Assembly (NCBI RefSeq): GCF_009914755.1
Contig: NC_060929.1
Length of the DNA: 64,000 nucleotides
Reading direction: 5' to 3' (one strand)
Origin: the human T2T-CHM13v2.0 reference genome, Homo sapiens
Shown in pieces: positions 13,143 through 26,574 of the stretch (position 1 is the stretch's first letter; each line of letters opens with the position of its first letter). The translations under genes were made by a program, and so were the position numbers. Under the pieces are notes generated by a model. It was not told the DNA's origin and searched no databases. It saw nothing but the letters and a program-made list of their open reading frames with translations.

Positions 13143-13205
13143 AATAAATCACTTGCACATAATTCCTCACTTCAGGATTGGTGTTTCAGGAATCCATTCT
13201 AAGAA
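13143..13205 (+). mobile_element. ERVL LTR (LTR16-like), 3' end
   Basis: AATAAATCACTTGCACATAATTCCTCACTTCAGGATTGGTGTTTCAGGAATCCATTCTAAGA. Confidence 0.65.
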
Positions 13206-13421
13206 ATTAAGAAAAATGATAAATGAAAAATTTAAATATTTTTTCTAAGAACGTACTTTTCATAAATGCAGGAGGTAGAAAATCTAACTAAACCACTATT
13301 ACTTCTTTGTTCTCTTCATTAGTTCATGAGGTCTTCTTACTAAAGATAAACATTTGTGTTAAAGTTTTTACCTTGCCACAAATTCAGTTAACCTTTTTGA
13401 GTCTGTTTTTAATCTATATAC

Positions 13422-13648
13422 ACACAGAACTTATTTAGAACGGTTCAACTTGTGATTTTTCAACTTTATGATGGTGCTGAAAGCAATACACATTCATTAT
13501 ACTCCTTGATTTATGAGGGTGTTTGTCTGGATAAATCCATCCTCAACTGAAATTATCATGTCAGAAACACATGTTTGGCTTATGATATTTTTAACTTACA
13601 GTGGGTTTATTGGGATATAACTGCATCATAAGTTAAGGAGCAGTTATA
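13422..13648. mobile_element. MER47/Tigger5-family MITE, internally palindromic
   Basis: Matches both ends of the MER47 copy at 50552-50976; the 5' terminal segment is present in both orientations. Confidence 0.75.
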
Positions 13649-13751
13649 TTGGGGGATAATAGCAACTGCCCATAATATTATATGCATATAGGTATTATGA
13701 TGATCAAATGAATTAATAGAGAAATAATTTATAAACTATAAAACACTCAAA

Positions 13752-13911
13752 TAGGGGTTCCCAAAATGAAAAAAAGTAATAAAAATGTAGACTCCCAGGC
13801 TTCCTGCCCCTAAACTCCACAGATTTTCATTCAGTAGGTATAGTGGATTAGGGAAATGCATTTTCACAAGCACCCTAGGGTGAAGACTGTTCAAACATTT
13901 TGAGAAACATT
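13752..13911. mobile_element. MER5-type hAT-Charlie MITE
   Basis: GGGGTTCCCAAA...AGATTTTCATTCAGTAGG...TGCATTTTCACAAGCACCC...TTTGAGAAACATTG. Confidence 0.7.
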
Positions 13912-14431
13912 GAACTATGCTAGGTCAGTTGATATCAGCATCATCATGTACATACAATAGTCTTCATTTCCTTTGGACTTCACTGTGTAAAATTTAACCC
14001 ATTGTTATTGTGTTTCAAATCTTATTAATTAATGGATTTTCCCTATTATCTTTCCTTTCTTACCTGACACTAGTAAAATTTTTATAACTTACCAAAAGCA
14101 AGCAAGACTGAACAAATGAAACAAATTTAAGAAGAAGACTAAGCAAGCATATCAGAAGACATTTGAAAATGACTAAAAGGAAATTTTTTTAAAAAAGTTT
14201 GAGTACTTTTTATATAGATGTGCACTCACTAATTAGCCATTGATATTTAAAAGTTGAATGAAAAAAATGTACTGTGGAAATTTAAAAAAGGAATTCAGCT
14301 AAAGCATTCAAGCCATGAAACATAATTAGTTACACAAGAGTTACGTAAGAAAGAAATATGCAAAGTTTGAGGTAATTACTATTCCTTGGGTTTGGATCCT
14401 ATGTTTTTGAAGATATTCCTCTTGAAGTTTA

Positions 14432-14560
14432 TTATTTCAGTGATAAAGGACATTTTGGTCAATGACAGATTGCAAATCTTATAGTGGCTCCATAAGATTA
14501 TAATGAAGCTATATAATGAAGCTATATCATCTACGTTTGTGTAAGTGCACAAACTTGTAT
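14432..14560 (+). mobile_element. Tigger3 (Golem) family fragment
   Basis: GACATTTTGGTCAATGACAGATTGCA...GTGGCTCCATAAGATTATAATGAAGCT...GTTTGTGTAAGTGCAC. Confidence 0.7.
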
Positions 14561-14987
14561 GACTTTTGTAGTTCAAATTTATATAGATAATGTATCATAG
14601 ACAGAGATGTCATCAATTAGATACAGAATTACTTGGCTATCATTACTGATTTGTTCTTTCTTTTTGATTTTATATATGCTAAAGAGAAGTAAATTCCCCT
14701 TCTGTTGATTTCAGTACTCTGCATCAGAATATTAAAATACTATCTAAAATATTTTAAGTGTCTAATTGTAAACCTATTTATGTATTTTTTTAAATTTAAA
14801 CGTTATACAAATTATTTTAGTTAGCGAAGTTTTAAACTTCATTAAGTTTAAAACAATAGCAATTGTTTTATTAAGAATATTGTTTTAAATACTAAATATC
14901 ATTTTTAATATTAAATACTACTGTTAAGTTTTAAATATTGTTAAGTTTGCTAAAATACTGCTACTATTTTTAACTTTAAATATTGTA

Positions 14988-15280
<293 letters not shown>

Positions 15281-15379
15281 TTAAGTATTGTTAAGTTTTA
15301 AAATAATAACAATATTATTTTAAGGAGAATAAAGAGTGTTATGCTTTAATGTGGGCAAATTAAGTGATTTCATGCTTTA

Positions 15380-16910
15380 TCCACGCTTACGTCTCCCAAA
15401 TTTAAATCTCCAGCACAGAACTCTCCGGAAGAGAAAAATCACACTCCAGAATCATATAAACAGCTACTTAAATAATATTTATGCATATGGCTAGCGGGTT
15501 TTTTCAGCACCATTTATTAAATAGGGAATCCTTTCCCCATTGCTTGTTTTTGTTAGGTTTGTTGAAGATCAGATGGATGTAGATGTACAGTCTTATATCT
15601 GAGATCTCTATTCTGTTCCATTGGTCTATGTGTCTGTTTTTGTACCAGGATCATGCTGTTTTGGTTACTGTTGCCTTGTAGTGTAGTTTGAAGTTTGGTA
15701 GTGTGATGCTTCAACCTTTGTTCTTTTTGTTTAGAATTGTCTTGGCTATTTGGGCTCTTTTTTGATTCCTTATGACATTTAAAGTAGTTTTTTTTCTCTA
15801 ATTCCATGAAGAATGTCAATGGTAATTTAATGGGAATAGCATTGAATCTATATATTACTTTGGGCAGTATGGCCATTTTCACGATGTTGATTCTTCCTAA
15901 CCATGAGCATGGAATGTTTTTCCATATAGTTGTGTCCTCTCATTTCCTTGAGCAGTGGTTTGCAGTTCTTGAAGAGGTCCTTCACTTCCCTTGTTGGCTG
16001 TATTCCTAAGTACTTTATTCTCTTTGGAGCAATTGTGAATGGGAGTTCATTCATGATTTGGCTCTCTGATTGTCTATTGATGGTGTATAGGAATGCTTGT
16101 GATATTAGCACACTGATTTTGTTTCCTAAGACTTTGCTAAAGTTGCTTATCAGCTTAAGAAGCTTTTGGGCTGAGATGATGGGGTTTTTCTAGATATAGG
16201 CTCATGTCATCTACAAACAGAGACAGTTTGATGCAGCAAACCACCATGGCATACGTTTACCTACGTAACAAACCTGCACATCTTGCACATGTATCATGGA
16301 ACTTAAAATTAAATTTAAAAAAAAAAGATGTATGGTAGGCATCTCAAGCAATATATCTACAACTGAACCCTTGGTGTATCTCTTAGAACTGTTGCACCCT
16401 AGTCTTATTCATCATTTAGTTGCTCAGAATGAATAAATAATAAAATTTTTAAAATCCTAAAACCAAATTGGACTCTTCCATGAGTTCATTTTTATATCCC
16501 ATATCCAATTTTGTCTCATTGCAATATGCAATACATATTATGTTAAAATATGCAATACAGATTATGTTATTTCCCAAGACCTAGCAATGACTCCCCATTT
16601 CACCCAAGGTAAGAAACAAATTATTATAATGGTCCACATATCTCTAAATGTTACAAAACCATGTCCTCTATTACTTTCAAGATTTTATCACTACCAGTTT
16701 CCATCTTGCTTTCTCTGATTCAACTGAATTAACTACTGGCCTCCATGCTTTTCCTTGAACATACCTGGAATGTTGTTGTTTTTGTCTGTGGTGATTGTTC
16801 TCAGATATCCAATGGCCTCTTTTCCTGAACTCTTTTTCTTAAATGCTACTTTTCAATATATCTAACTTAACCATTTTATTTTAAATTGCACCCTGCCCCA
16901 GCAACATTCT
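15380..16910 (+). mobile_element. L2 remnant hosting an L1PA insertion
   Basis: CTCCCAAATTTAAATCTCCAGC... on the left; TAGGCATCTCAAG...ACTGAACCCTTG and ACTACTGGCCTCCATGCTTTTCCTTGAACATACC on the right. Confidence 0.6.
15482..16326 (+). mobile_element. Truncated, 5'-inverted L1PA (older than the L1PA7-like copies, roughly L1PA10-13)
   Basis: 15482-16230 is antisense ORF2 ([19 protein letters not shown]; QAFLYT...IKYLGIQ); 16231-16326 is sense 3' terminus and poly-A. Confidence 0.9.
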
Positions 16911-17360
16911 AGATCTTTTTCAGTTTTCTCTTGTATTTGCTTCTTTTGTGTTGCTGCTCTGTATTCTGGAAAATTTTTCAACAAATTCCTCCCACTCTTC
17001 TGAAGATTTTTTGTTTTTAAATTTTATCATATATAGTTTTTTTTTTTCTATGAGACCTTTCTTATTTTTTGATCTGAAACAGAGAAGCTTTCTGATTGGA
17101 AGTGTTAGATTTGAAGCTTTAATAACTTTCTAACACTAATAGATTAAATAATATCTCACAACTGAGAATTCTAGTTGGAATTAAATAATGCAATTATTTC
17201 AAAGATTTATGGAAAATTCTATATCTAGCCAAACTTTTTAGAAGAGAGAGAAAATATAGATTTCTGTACCTCAGAACCCCAAAATGTCATTGCCCATACA
17301 TCTTTTCTGGAAAAAATTACTTGAGAGATGTCAGAAATGTAATCAAACAATTTATAACTA

Positions 17361-17526
17361 CAGTCATTAGGAGATTTTGATGTTGTACGAACACCGCAGA
17401 ATACTTATACCAACTTAGAGGGTATAGCCTACTCTATTACACAGCTCTATTATAATCTTTATGGGAATATTGTCATATGTGTGGTCTGTCATTGACCAAA
17501 AATGTTGTTACATAGCATATGACTGC
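17361..17526 (-). mobile_element. Tigger3 (Golem) family MITE
   Basis: TA-CAGTCAT...ATTATAATCTTTATGGGA...GGTCTGTCATTGACCAAAAATGTTGTTAC...ATGACTG termini. Confidence 0.75.
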
Positions 17527-17699
17527 AATGATAAAGAGAAATGTCTCCCAAAAGAGGAATTCAAGAGGAATTCACAGAGACATTCAAGAGGAATGTCTTC
17601 AAAAAAAGCATTTCATACAACACAGAGTATTCATCCTTCCAAATTTATGATTTTAAGTAAAAAAAAAAAAACCTATAAAAATCCATGGCCCAAATATAA

Positions 17700-17850
17700 C
17701 ATTTTCCATAGAATTTAGAATTAGATTATTAATTTCTGTAAAGGAGCTGGAATTTTGATTGAGATTGCACTATATCTCTCAAATTGAGATTCATTGAAAT
17801 ACTATAATATTGAGTTTTCTGATTCATGAAAGTGGTATGTCTCTCTATTC
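17700..17850 (-). mobile_element. Old L1M ORF2 fragment
   Basis: GGAATTTTGATTGAGATTGCAC...AATATTGAGTTTTCTGATTCATGAAAGTGGTATGTCTCTC. Confidence 0.6.
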
Positions 17851-18056
17851 TAGGGTTTCTCAATATCAGCACAATAGACACTTTGGATAGGGTCATTATT
17901 TGTTGTGAGGAGCTATCCTGTTCTTTATAAGATGTTTAGCCAATAGAACATCCCATTCTCCCACCGAATGCAGTTATGACATCAAAAAGTGACTCTAGAC
18001 ATTGCTAAATGTCCTCTTGGGGGCAAACTTGCCCTCCTCTTCCATTGAGAACAAAT
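17851..18056. mobile_element. MER20 hAT-Charlie MITE
   Basis: AGGGTTTCTCAATATCAGCACAATAGACACTTTGG...CTAGACATTGCTAAATGTCCTCTTGGGGGCAAA...TTGAGAAC. Confidence 0.85.
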
Positions 18057-18253
18057 GTAACAAGGTTATACAATGTAAGTGATAGAGCTCAGAGAGAAAA
18101 AAAATAAAATACAGAACAGAGCACTTGAGAATTGTAGGGCAGTAACAGATGGTCTAAAATATACATGTAATCCAAGACACAAGTGGAGAGGAGAGTGATG
18201 ATCAAAAGGGACAGAAAAAATATTTGAAGATATAATTTCATCCAAAATTGGGG

Positions 18254-18346
18254 CAAACTCAATCCATGCACTAATGTCTTTTACTAATTGAGGACCAAAA
18301 TTTTGTCCCCAATTAGTAAAAATCATTAGTGCATGGACTGAGTTTG
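18254..18346. repeat. 93-bp near-perfect spacer-less inverted repeat
   Basis: CAAACTCAATCCATGCACTAATGTCTTTTACTAATTGAGGACCAAAA | TTTTGTCCCCAATTAGTAAAAATCATTAGTGCATGGACTGAGTTTG; 4 mismatches and 1 bulge. Confidence 0.95.
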
Positions 18347-19628
18347 TTAAACCTCAAGCAGGATAAAGGTAGAGATTACTAAACACATATCATAGATAAA
18401 AGGTTTAAAATCAAAAAATTAAATAGAAAATGTTAAGTGTATCCAGAGGAAGAATTCACATATTCAGAGGAACAACAATAATTACAGCTGACTTTTCATC
18501 ATAAGCAACAAAACCAGGAGTCAATAGAATAATATATTTAAAATGCTGGAAGAAAACCCCAGAATTCTATACTAAGTAAACACTCATTCTGAAAAATGAA
18601 GATAAAATAAAGACAATTTTAGGAAAATGTGTTTTTTGATTAGCACTTAGCAGTACAAGAAATACTAATGTTCTTTCAGCTGAAGAGCAATTATTCCAGA
18701 TAAAAACCTGGATCTTCAGAGACAGATGAATATTATTAGAAATAGCATGTATGTCCCCTATATATACAGAAAATTGTTTTAACAAAAATAATAACAATGC
18801 TAGAGTTTTTAACATGTAGAAATGAAATGTAGATAACAACACGACAAAGGATAGGAAAGAGGATAGATGCACTTTTGCTGTTTTAAAGTCCTTATATATT
18901 AGATGGTAAAACAGTTGAAGATAAACTGTCAAAAGCTACAGATGCATTTGCAATCCTCATAGCAAACATAAATATAATACTACTGAAAACTATAGAAAAC
19001 AAATAACTAGATTATAAACACAAACTTATCTATATTAACAATTACATTAAGTAATAATGGTCATATACACCGATGACATAATTTTGTACACACAAAATAT
19101 GTAACTATAAACAAACATATAGTAATAACTGCATTCATGAAGATAGCTGAGTGTAAGGATGGTACACCAAAAACAAATTATATTTCTATATACTACCAAG
19201 AAATATTTGAAAACTGAAAAAAGATGTTATTTACAATAGCATCAAATATTTCATCAATTACATTGACAAAGATTTACTTTGGGAAATATAAAATTCCTAA
19301 CTTAAAACTAAAAATGCTGACAGAAATTAGATAAAATTTAAAGAAATGGAGATAGATTTTTATGTTTATAGGTCAGAAGACTAATATTTTTAAGATGTTA
19401 ATTCTCTTGAAGTTGATTTAGATATTTAATGTAATCTCTCTGACTCAAAATCCTTGAAGGATTTTCTTTTCATAAATATTGAAAAAAACAACTCTAAAAT
19501 TTATATAAAAATTTAAAGGACTTAACCAAAAAAATATTTTAAAAGTAGAAGGAAATAATTGAAGGTCTTACACTATGTGACTTCAAGACATTGTAGAGAA
19601 AGCCACAAGTATTAATATCGTATAGTTG

Positions 19629-19950
<322 letters not shown>

Positions 19951-20561
19951 TCATATAGTTGGCATGATACTTATATAGATCAACTAACAGAACAGAGTCC
20001 AAAACATAGACCATACATCTTTACTCAATTCATTTTTAACATAGCAAAATGATTCAAAAGAGAAGGCAAAGTGTTTCCAATAAGTGGTTCTAGAACAACT
20101 GCATATCCAAATGAGAATGGAAAGTAAACCTTGACTCTCACTTCATACCAAATGTAAAAATTAAATTGAAAATAATAATTTACCTACATCTGAAAGCAAA
20201 AACTATACATTTTCTAGAAATAAAACAGGTGAATATTTTTGTGACTCTCAGGCAAAGTTTTCTAACACAGCTGAGAAAAGGTAAGAACCATAAAAGAAAA
20301 AATATATAAATTGCAATTTATCAAAATTAAAAACTTCTGTCAGGAAGCAAAAGTGAAAATGCAAGCCACACACTGGGCATCATATGAAATATGAGACATG
20401 AAAGAAAGAACTGATATACAGAATATATAACAAACTTCTACAAATTAATTAGGAGAAAACAAACACCCTAAAAAAAAATAAGAGACAAAAGTAATTCACA
20501 CAGGCAGTTTGCAAATGGAGACTTCCAAATGGTCAATAAGCATAAGAAAATTTGATGAACA

Positions 20562-20839
20562 GCTCACGCCTGTAATCCCAGCACTTTGGGAGGCTGAGGC
20601 AGGCAGATCACAAGATCAAGAGATCGAGACCATCCTGGCCAACATGGTGAAACCCTGTCTCTACTAAAAATACAAAAATTAGCTGGGCGTGGTGGAGTGC
20701 ACCTGTAGTCCCAGCTACTTAGGAGGCTGAGGCAGGAGAATCACTTGAAACCTGGGAGGCGGAGGTTGCAGTGAACTGAAATTGCAACATTGCACTCTAG
20801 TCTGGTGACAAAGCGAGACTGTCTCAAAAAAAAAAAAAA
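20562..20839 (+). mobile_element. Alu (AluSc-like), 5'-truncated by about 14 nt
   Basis: Begins GCTCACGCCTGTAATCCC; perfect 18-bp TSD AAGAAAATTTGATGAACA at 20544-20561 and 20840-20857. Confidence 0.96.
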
Positions 20840-23506
20840 AAGAAAATTTGATGAACATTATTACTCAGTATGGAATAAAGAAACTAAAAGCCACAATGAG
20901 ACACCATTACACATCTTCTACAATGTGTAATATTAAAAATTTTGATGACTCTATGTGTGGGTAAGAATGTAGAACAAAGCCAATGTTTACAAACTGCTTG
21001 TAGGATTGTAAAATGCTATTGTCACTTTGATAAACTGTCAGTTTCTTAAAAGTTTACACATAAACAAACATGCTCTATGACCCAGCGATTCCATTCCTAG
21101 TTACTGGAGAAATAAACCCATATGCCTATAGAAAAACATGTACAAGAATATTCATAGCAGCTCAATTAGTAATAGCCCATAATTGGAAACAACCCAAATG
21201 CCCATCAATAGGTGAAAGTGTAAACAAACTGGAATATTCACAGCAAAGGAACAGGACTGAGTAATACAAAAGAATAAACTACTGGCATTATATACAAATA
21301 CACACATGAATCTCAAAAACATTTTTTATGAAAGTAGGACACACATAGAAGAGTACTTACTGTATGAATTCATTTGTATGTAAGTTCAGAAATAGGCAAA
21401 GCTAAATCTATGCTGACAGATGTTAGGATGTATTGAACAAGGTAACAAGGGTGCTTTCTGGGGTGACAGAAATATTCCTTTTCTTGTTTTGGCTAATGGT
21501 TGCACTGTGTCTACCTTTCTTAAAATTCTTCAAGTTTTACACTTGATTTGTGCATTTTACTTATTACAAATTATAGCTCAACAAAATACTATTAGTATAA
21601 ACCAAAAATAAGGTCTAGAAGTAATCACCATTTGATATCTAAAGAGAACCCTAGAAGTAAGTGTTAGACCATAATGTTTTTCACAAACTCAGGAAGATAA
21701 ATGAGAATAGTGGCTGCAGATTTTGGAGGTATTCCAAGACACTTCATTCCCACCTTCTTGTCTGAAACTTTGTGATGAGTATATGTAAGGTCAAATTTGG
21801 GATGGATTTTCTTGAAATATTTGGTGTCCAGCCCTGGTAATTTAAGTTAATTATTTGATTATTACTCTTTGTCAATCAAGAGACTCTTATAGTAACTGTA
21901 ATACTACATACAAATTCTTGGTAATTCATCTTAACTAAACATCATGTATAAGTAGATAAAAGACACACAGATAAACTAGCAAATTCTTATGAGGCTTCTC
22001 TGAGCAGAGAACTGCTGGTTTACATCCAATATTTGTATTTAAGAAGCATTTAAATATTTTAAAATATATACAGGTATCTTAGTTTGGAATGTTTCCTCAG
22101 TTTCCAGGTGGATCCTTCTTTAAAAGGAATGACATATATTTTTAGCTTCTAACATTTGTATGGACCCTAAAACTTCTTGTTATTCATTACATGGAAGAAA
22201 AAAAATACACTCAGAATGGAAAAATGCATTATTGTTTACCATATTTTTCTGATAACTGCTGAGAAATTCCAGTAGTTAGTAATTAATAAAATATATAATA
22301 CAAAGATATGGTTGTTGTTAGTAATAAAAAGATATGGTTTCCTTACTCAACTCTATTCTACTTAGATGGGAAGAAAATGGCTGAAATCTTCACAATCTGA
22401 GGCACTAGTTCTCTGGATATGCTAGTTAATTCTTGCAGGCAGCTGTAATGCATTTCAAATATAAGTGTTCCCAGCAACCATTCTCTGAAAGACAAGTGCT
22501 GTTGATTTAGGTGCTTGTTGCTGGTTTCTTATGGCTTTTGCCAAGTTTTGTAATCTTCCAGGCACATTTTATGGATAAACTAGTAATTACCCAGCCTAGA
22601 TTTCCTCCATAGATATTCCAGAGCATAGTCGTTTCATTGTACTTTACAAATTATTTTCCCCATTTCTTGATGGGAATTAATGGCTAGGACAATTTTATAA
22701 AGTACAGTTTAACCAAAAACTTATTTCATTCACTGATCCCAAATCTTCTTTCTCCTTCCCTTGATTTCTTTATCTCCTGAGATGTCTGTATTGTAAGTTT
22801 CAACAGACTTATAGGTTAAAGCCCTTCAATCTCAAAAACGTGAGGATCACTGATCACTGAACTGAACTTTGCCACATAAAGAAGGAAGAGCGTGGAGAAG
22901 TATTTAGAAGTGGAGAGACTGAGAATAATACATTGGTGACAATCTAATTTTTTTCCCAGCAACTTCAAACTGTGGACACAGGGCCTGCTTTTGATGAAAT
23001 TTACCAGACTGAGATAACTGATTAATTGTATCCTTAACGAGAATTCTGCTTATTTAATACACAGGGAAGTAATGATGCTCAAGAATTGGTCAGTGTCTGC
23101 ATGCAAACCTCATTTTTCCTTTTTTTATTCATTTATTAGGAAGTACAGACATAAGACAACCACAGAAATGATACCAGTCTACTACTGCACTTCATTTTGA
23201 ATTGCCTTGCAGAGCTATTAATCAAAATTACAAAGCAAAATTTATATGCAGTAAATCAAACCATATCATTAGAATTTATCACTTAGGCCATTTCCTCCCA
23301 GTTGAAAATTCTTGAGCATATCCAAGGTAATCTGCCTGAAAACTTAATTATTTTGGGGGATATAGTAATACTTTCAAGAGACCCAGAGGGTATATCAACT
23401 CTTTTATTCCTATTCCTGTTAAAAACTTATATATAAGACATTAGTATTTTGAAAATATGTTTGTTATCAAATGAAGTATACATTTAGGTTTTAAAGTAAT
23501 TCTCCT

Positions 23507-23793
<287 letters not shown>

Positions 23794-24139
23794 TTAGGGT
23801 GATAATTTGTTATAACTTCCACATACTTTGCCCTTTATGGAAATGAGTACCACAGTGAAAACAGGGAGACAGGATGCCAGGCAAGAGATGATAGTCACCA
23901 GAACTAAAGTGCTGTGGATTTAAGATACATATTGGGGCCATAAGAAATTGCTAATGAATTTAATATAGGAGATAGAGAAAAGATGATTCCTGGTTTGGGA
24001 ACTGGAAAAACAAGCCAACAGAAAACTTTGATTGTTACCAACTATAATCTCTAAAGAAAGAGATTTTTAGACAACTTTTAGTACACTAAAAGAACCCATA
24101 AAGATATCCATCAGGCTATGGGCCATTCATTAAAGAATG

Positions 24140-24320
24140 CTGTAGTCATAGTCTAGTAGGGAACACACTGGGATTGGAGACCTGGCTTCAACTGTGTGAC
24201 CTCAGTGAAGTCATCAAACCATGCAAAGATATTTTTTTAACCATAAAATTGGTCAATGATACTTTCTCTACAAAGTTCTTATGAGGGTCAAAAGAGAAAA
24301 TGGTTGAAAAAAAAATGCCT
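24140..24320 (+). mobile_element. MIR SINE
   Basis: GGAGACCTGGCTTCAACTGTGTGACCTCAGTGAAGTCA...CATAAAATTGG...TTATGAGGGTCAAAAGAG. Confidence 0.7.
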
Positions 24321-25392
24321 TTGGTGGAAGTTAAAAACATAAAAGGCATTGTAGCTGTGCTTTTTAAATTTCCTTGTGTGTTACTTAACATGATGTCATA
24401 TCTAAGTAGAGTATAGTATTAGGTTGATTTTGATTGTTCTAAACAGTTTTTTTGGTAATAATTGATAATCACATATAACATACTATATATAATTATATTT
24501 ATGTATTCATTATATAATTATATACTAACTTATACAAATATATGTGTGTGTTTACACACAAACAATACCAAAAAGAAAATATAAGAACCTGAAATTTGAC
24601 CTGGGCATTCTTTTTTGACATAATGCTGATGACAAGTTTAGCACCAGCTAAAGAATGTGGTAGCAAAGATAGTATCTCTTTTTCAAACTTATTTATTCTT
24701 CTCAATGCCAGGATGGTCAAGATATGCCTGAGGCTTTGTGGTTGATGTCTCTTGAGCAGAAGATCAATTCTGATTTCTGCCTCCTCTGGAGGCTGTCCAA
24801 AGAGAAAAGCAAAGGTCTCAGTTGAACAGCATCTTTCACATTGACCAGTTCATTTATTTGAATCAGTAGCACTATTTAAATAGGAATCAGAGGTGAGTGA
24901 AAACAGCATGAAGCTCCTTGATTGATGCTTCCAGTTAGAGGAATTATTTTCTGCTGTATATCTCCTATAGCATCATGTTAGTGTGTTTCTCTTGGTACTT
25001 CCCACTGCCATTGTAATATACCTGTGTGTTTGCATATATTAGGTATACACATATACACACATATATTTATGTATGTATGTATATCCAATATATGACATTG
25101 TATCTATATTGTAGTATAAATACATGCTAACAACCTTTACCTCTGCTATCACCTTAGACGTTCTTACTTTCTATAGTATCTCAGCCCCTCATTTATACTA
25201 GACAGCAAATTTGTTTCAGATGAATGAAAGTATTAATGACTGTATGGATGCCTAGATAAAATGAGTAAAATTCTTAAGCAAAATTCTAGCCTGCTGGAAG
25301 GCGGGAATTAATCTGGTGTTTTCATGGCAGGCAGATTAATGTAAAAGTTCCTTTTCTTTAAATTGGTATTTAAAATCATTCTATAACACTAA

Positions 25393-25505
25393 TATTCATT
25401 TATTCATTCAAAAAACATTTTTGAGCATCTACTATATCCATGGTACTCTACTAAATATTGGGAATATGATAGTAAAATTTAAAAAGCTCCTGCAATCACA
25501 GTATT
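25393..25505 (-). mobile_element. L2 3' end
   Basis: ATTCATTCAAAAAACATTTTTGAGCATCTACTATATCCATGGTACT. Confidence 0.7.
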
Positions 25506-26271
25506 ATCCTTTAAGACATGTCCTGGACTTAAATTACATATTAATTAATATCTGATTTTCAAAATAACATAATCAGAGACAAACTTTACTTGGCCTGCTG
25601 TTTAAAGAAGTACTCTTACGTTCTTCCCATCACTACTTCTTAAAGTTTGGGGGCCTAGTTTCATATTTTCATAGTCAGGTTGCAATTCTAATGTTGACTT
25701 ATGAATGTGAAGGTCTTGCAGAGACTGCTTTCTCTTCAGTAACACAAATTTAGAAATAAACTGAATTTAAAAAAAACTACACAGACATTATTGAATTTCA
25801 TGACAAAGCTGTAGATGTAACCGACAAAGTAAACTATACCATTTCCTTATCCCATAGATGTTTTCTGAAGAGTAGTGTGTTAGGCAGAATATTCTTTATT
25901 GGGTATTTAGAAAAAAATGTAGTCTGTATTTTCCTGTGGAAGCAATGGGGTAACAATAGCCTAGCATTAATGAGAATGTAAAATGTGCACAGTTATATCA
26001 TTTCTAAAATATTTCTCTAATAGACCATAATTTGAAAAGCTATTTGTCTGAGAGGGCTGCAAGGAGGAAGAGATGTGAAGAGTTTAATAGGATTTATGGT
26101 AAGCAATTTATCATAATCTTTTCTGACCTGATGTGAATTTTTCCTAAGAATTATTTTTGAGGTCTGCTGGCAAGATGGCCAAACAGGAACAGCTCTAGTC
26201 TGCAGTTCCCAGTGAGATTGGCGCAGAAGATGGGTGATTATTGCATTTCCAACTGAGGTACCTGATTCATC

Positions 26272-26574
26272 TCATTGGGACTGGTTGGACAGTAAGTGCA
26301 GCCCACAGAGGGGGAGCTGAAGCAGGGTGGGCTGTTGCCTCGCCTGGGAAGTGCAAGGGGTTGGGGGATTTCCCTTTCCTAGCCAAGGGAAGCCATTAGA
26401 GACTGTACCAGGAGGAAGAGTGCACTTCATCCCAGATACTACACTTCCCACAGTCTTCGCAACCAGCAGACCTCTGGTGCCTGGCTCGGTGGGTCCCACC
26501 CCCATGGAGCCCAGCAAGCTAAGATCCACTGGCTTGAAATTCTCGCTGCTAGCACAGCAGTTTGAAGTCAACAT
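26272..26574 (-). other. L1 ORF0-homologous antisense ORF (100 codons)
   Basis: LTSNCCAS...SMGVGPTEPG aligns with L1HS ORF0 LISDCCAS...SVGVGPSEPG (recalled sequence); ATG at 26574-26572. Confidence 0.6.

Noticed and set aside
14820-14987. Repeated TTAAGTTTTAAA-like units that superficially resemble an array
   Set aside because: Irregular AT-rich low-complexity slippage; no constant repeat-spacer structure, so not CRISPR-like
17552-17594. AAGAGGAATTC tandem stutter (similar small stutters at 14497-14526 and 22846-22867)
   Set aside because: Ordinary short slippage duplications
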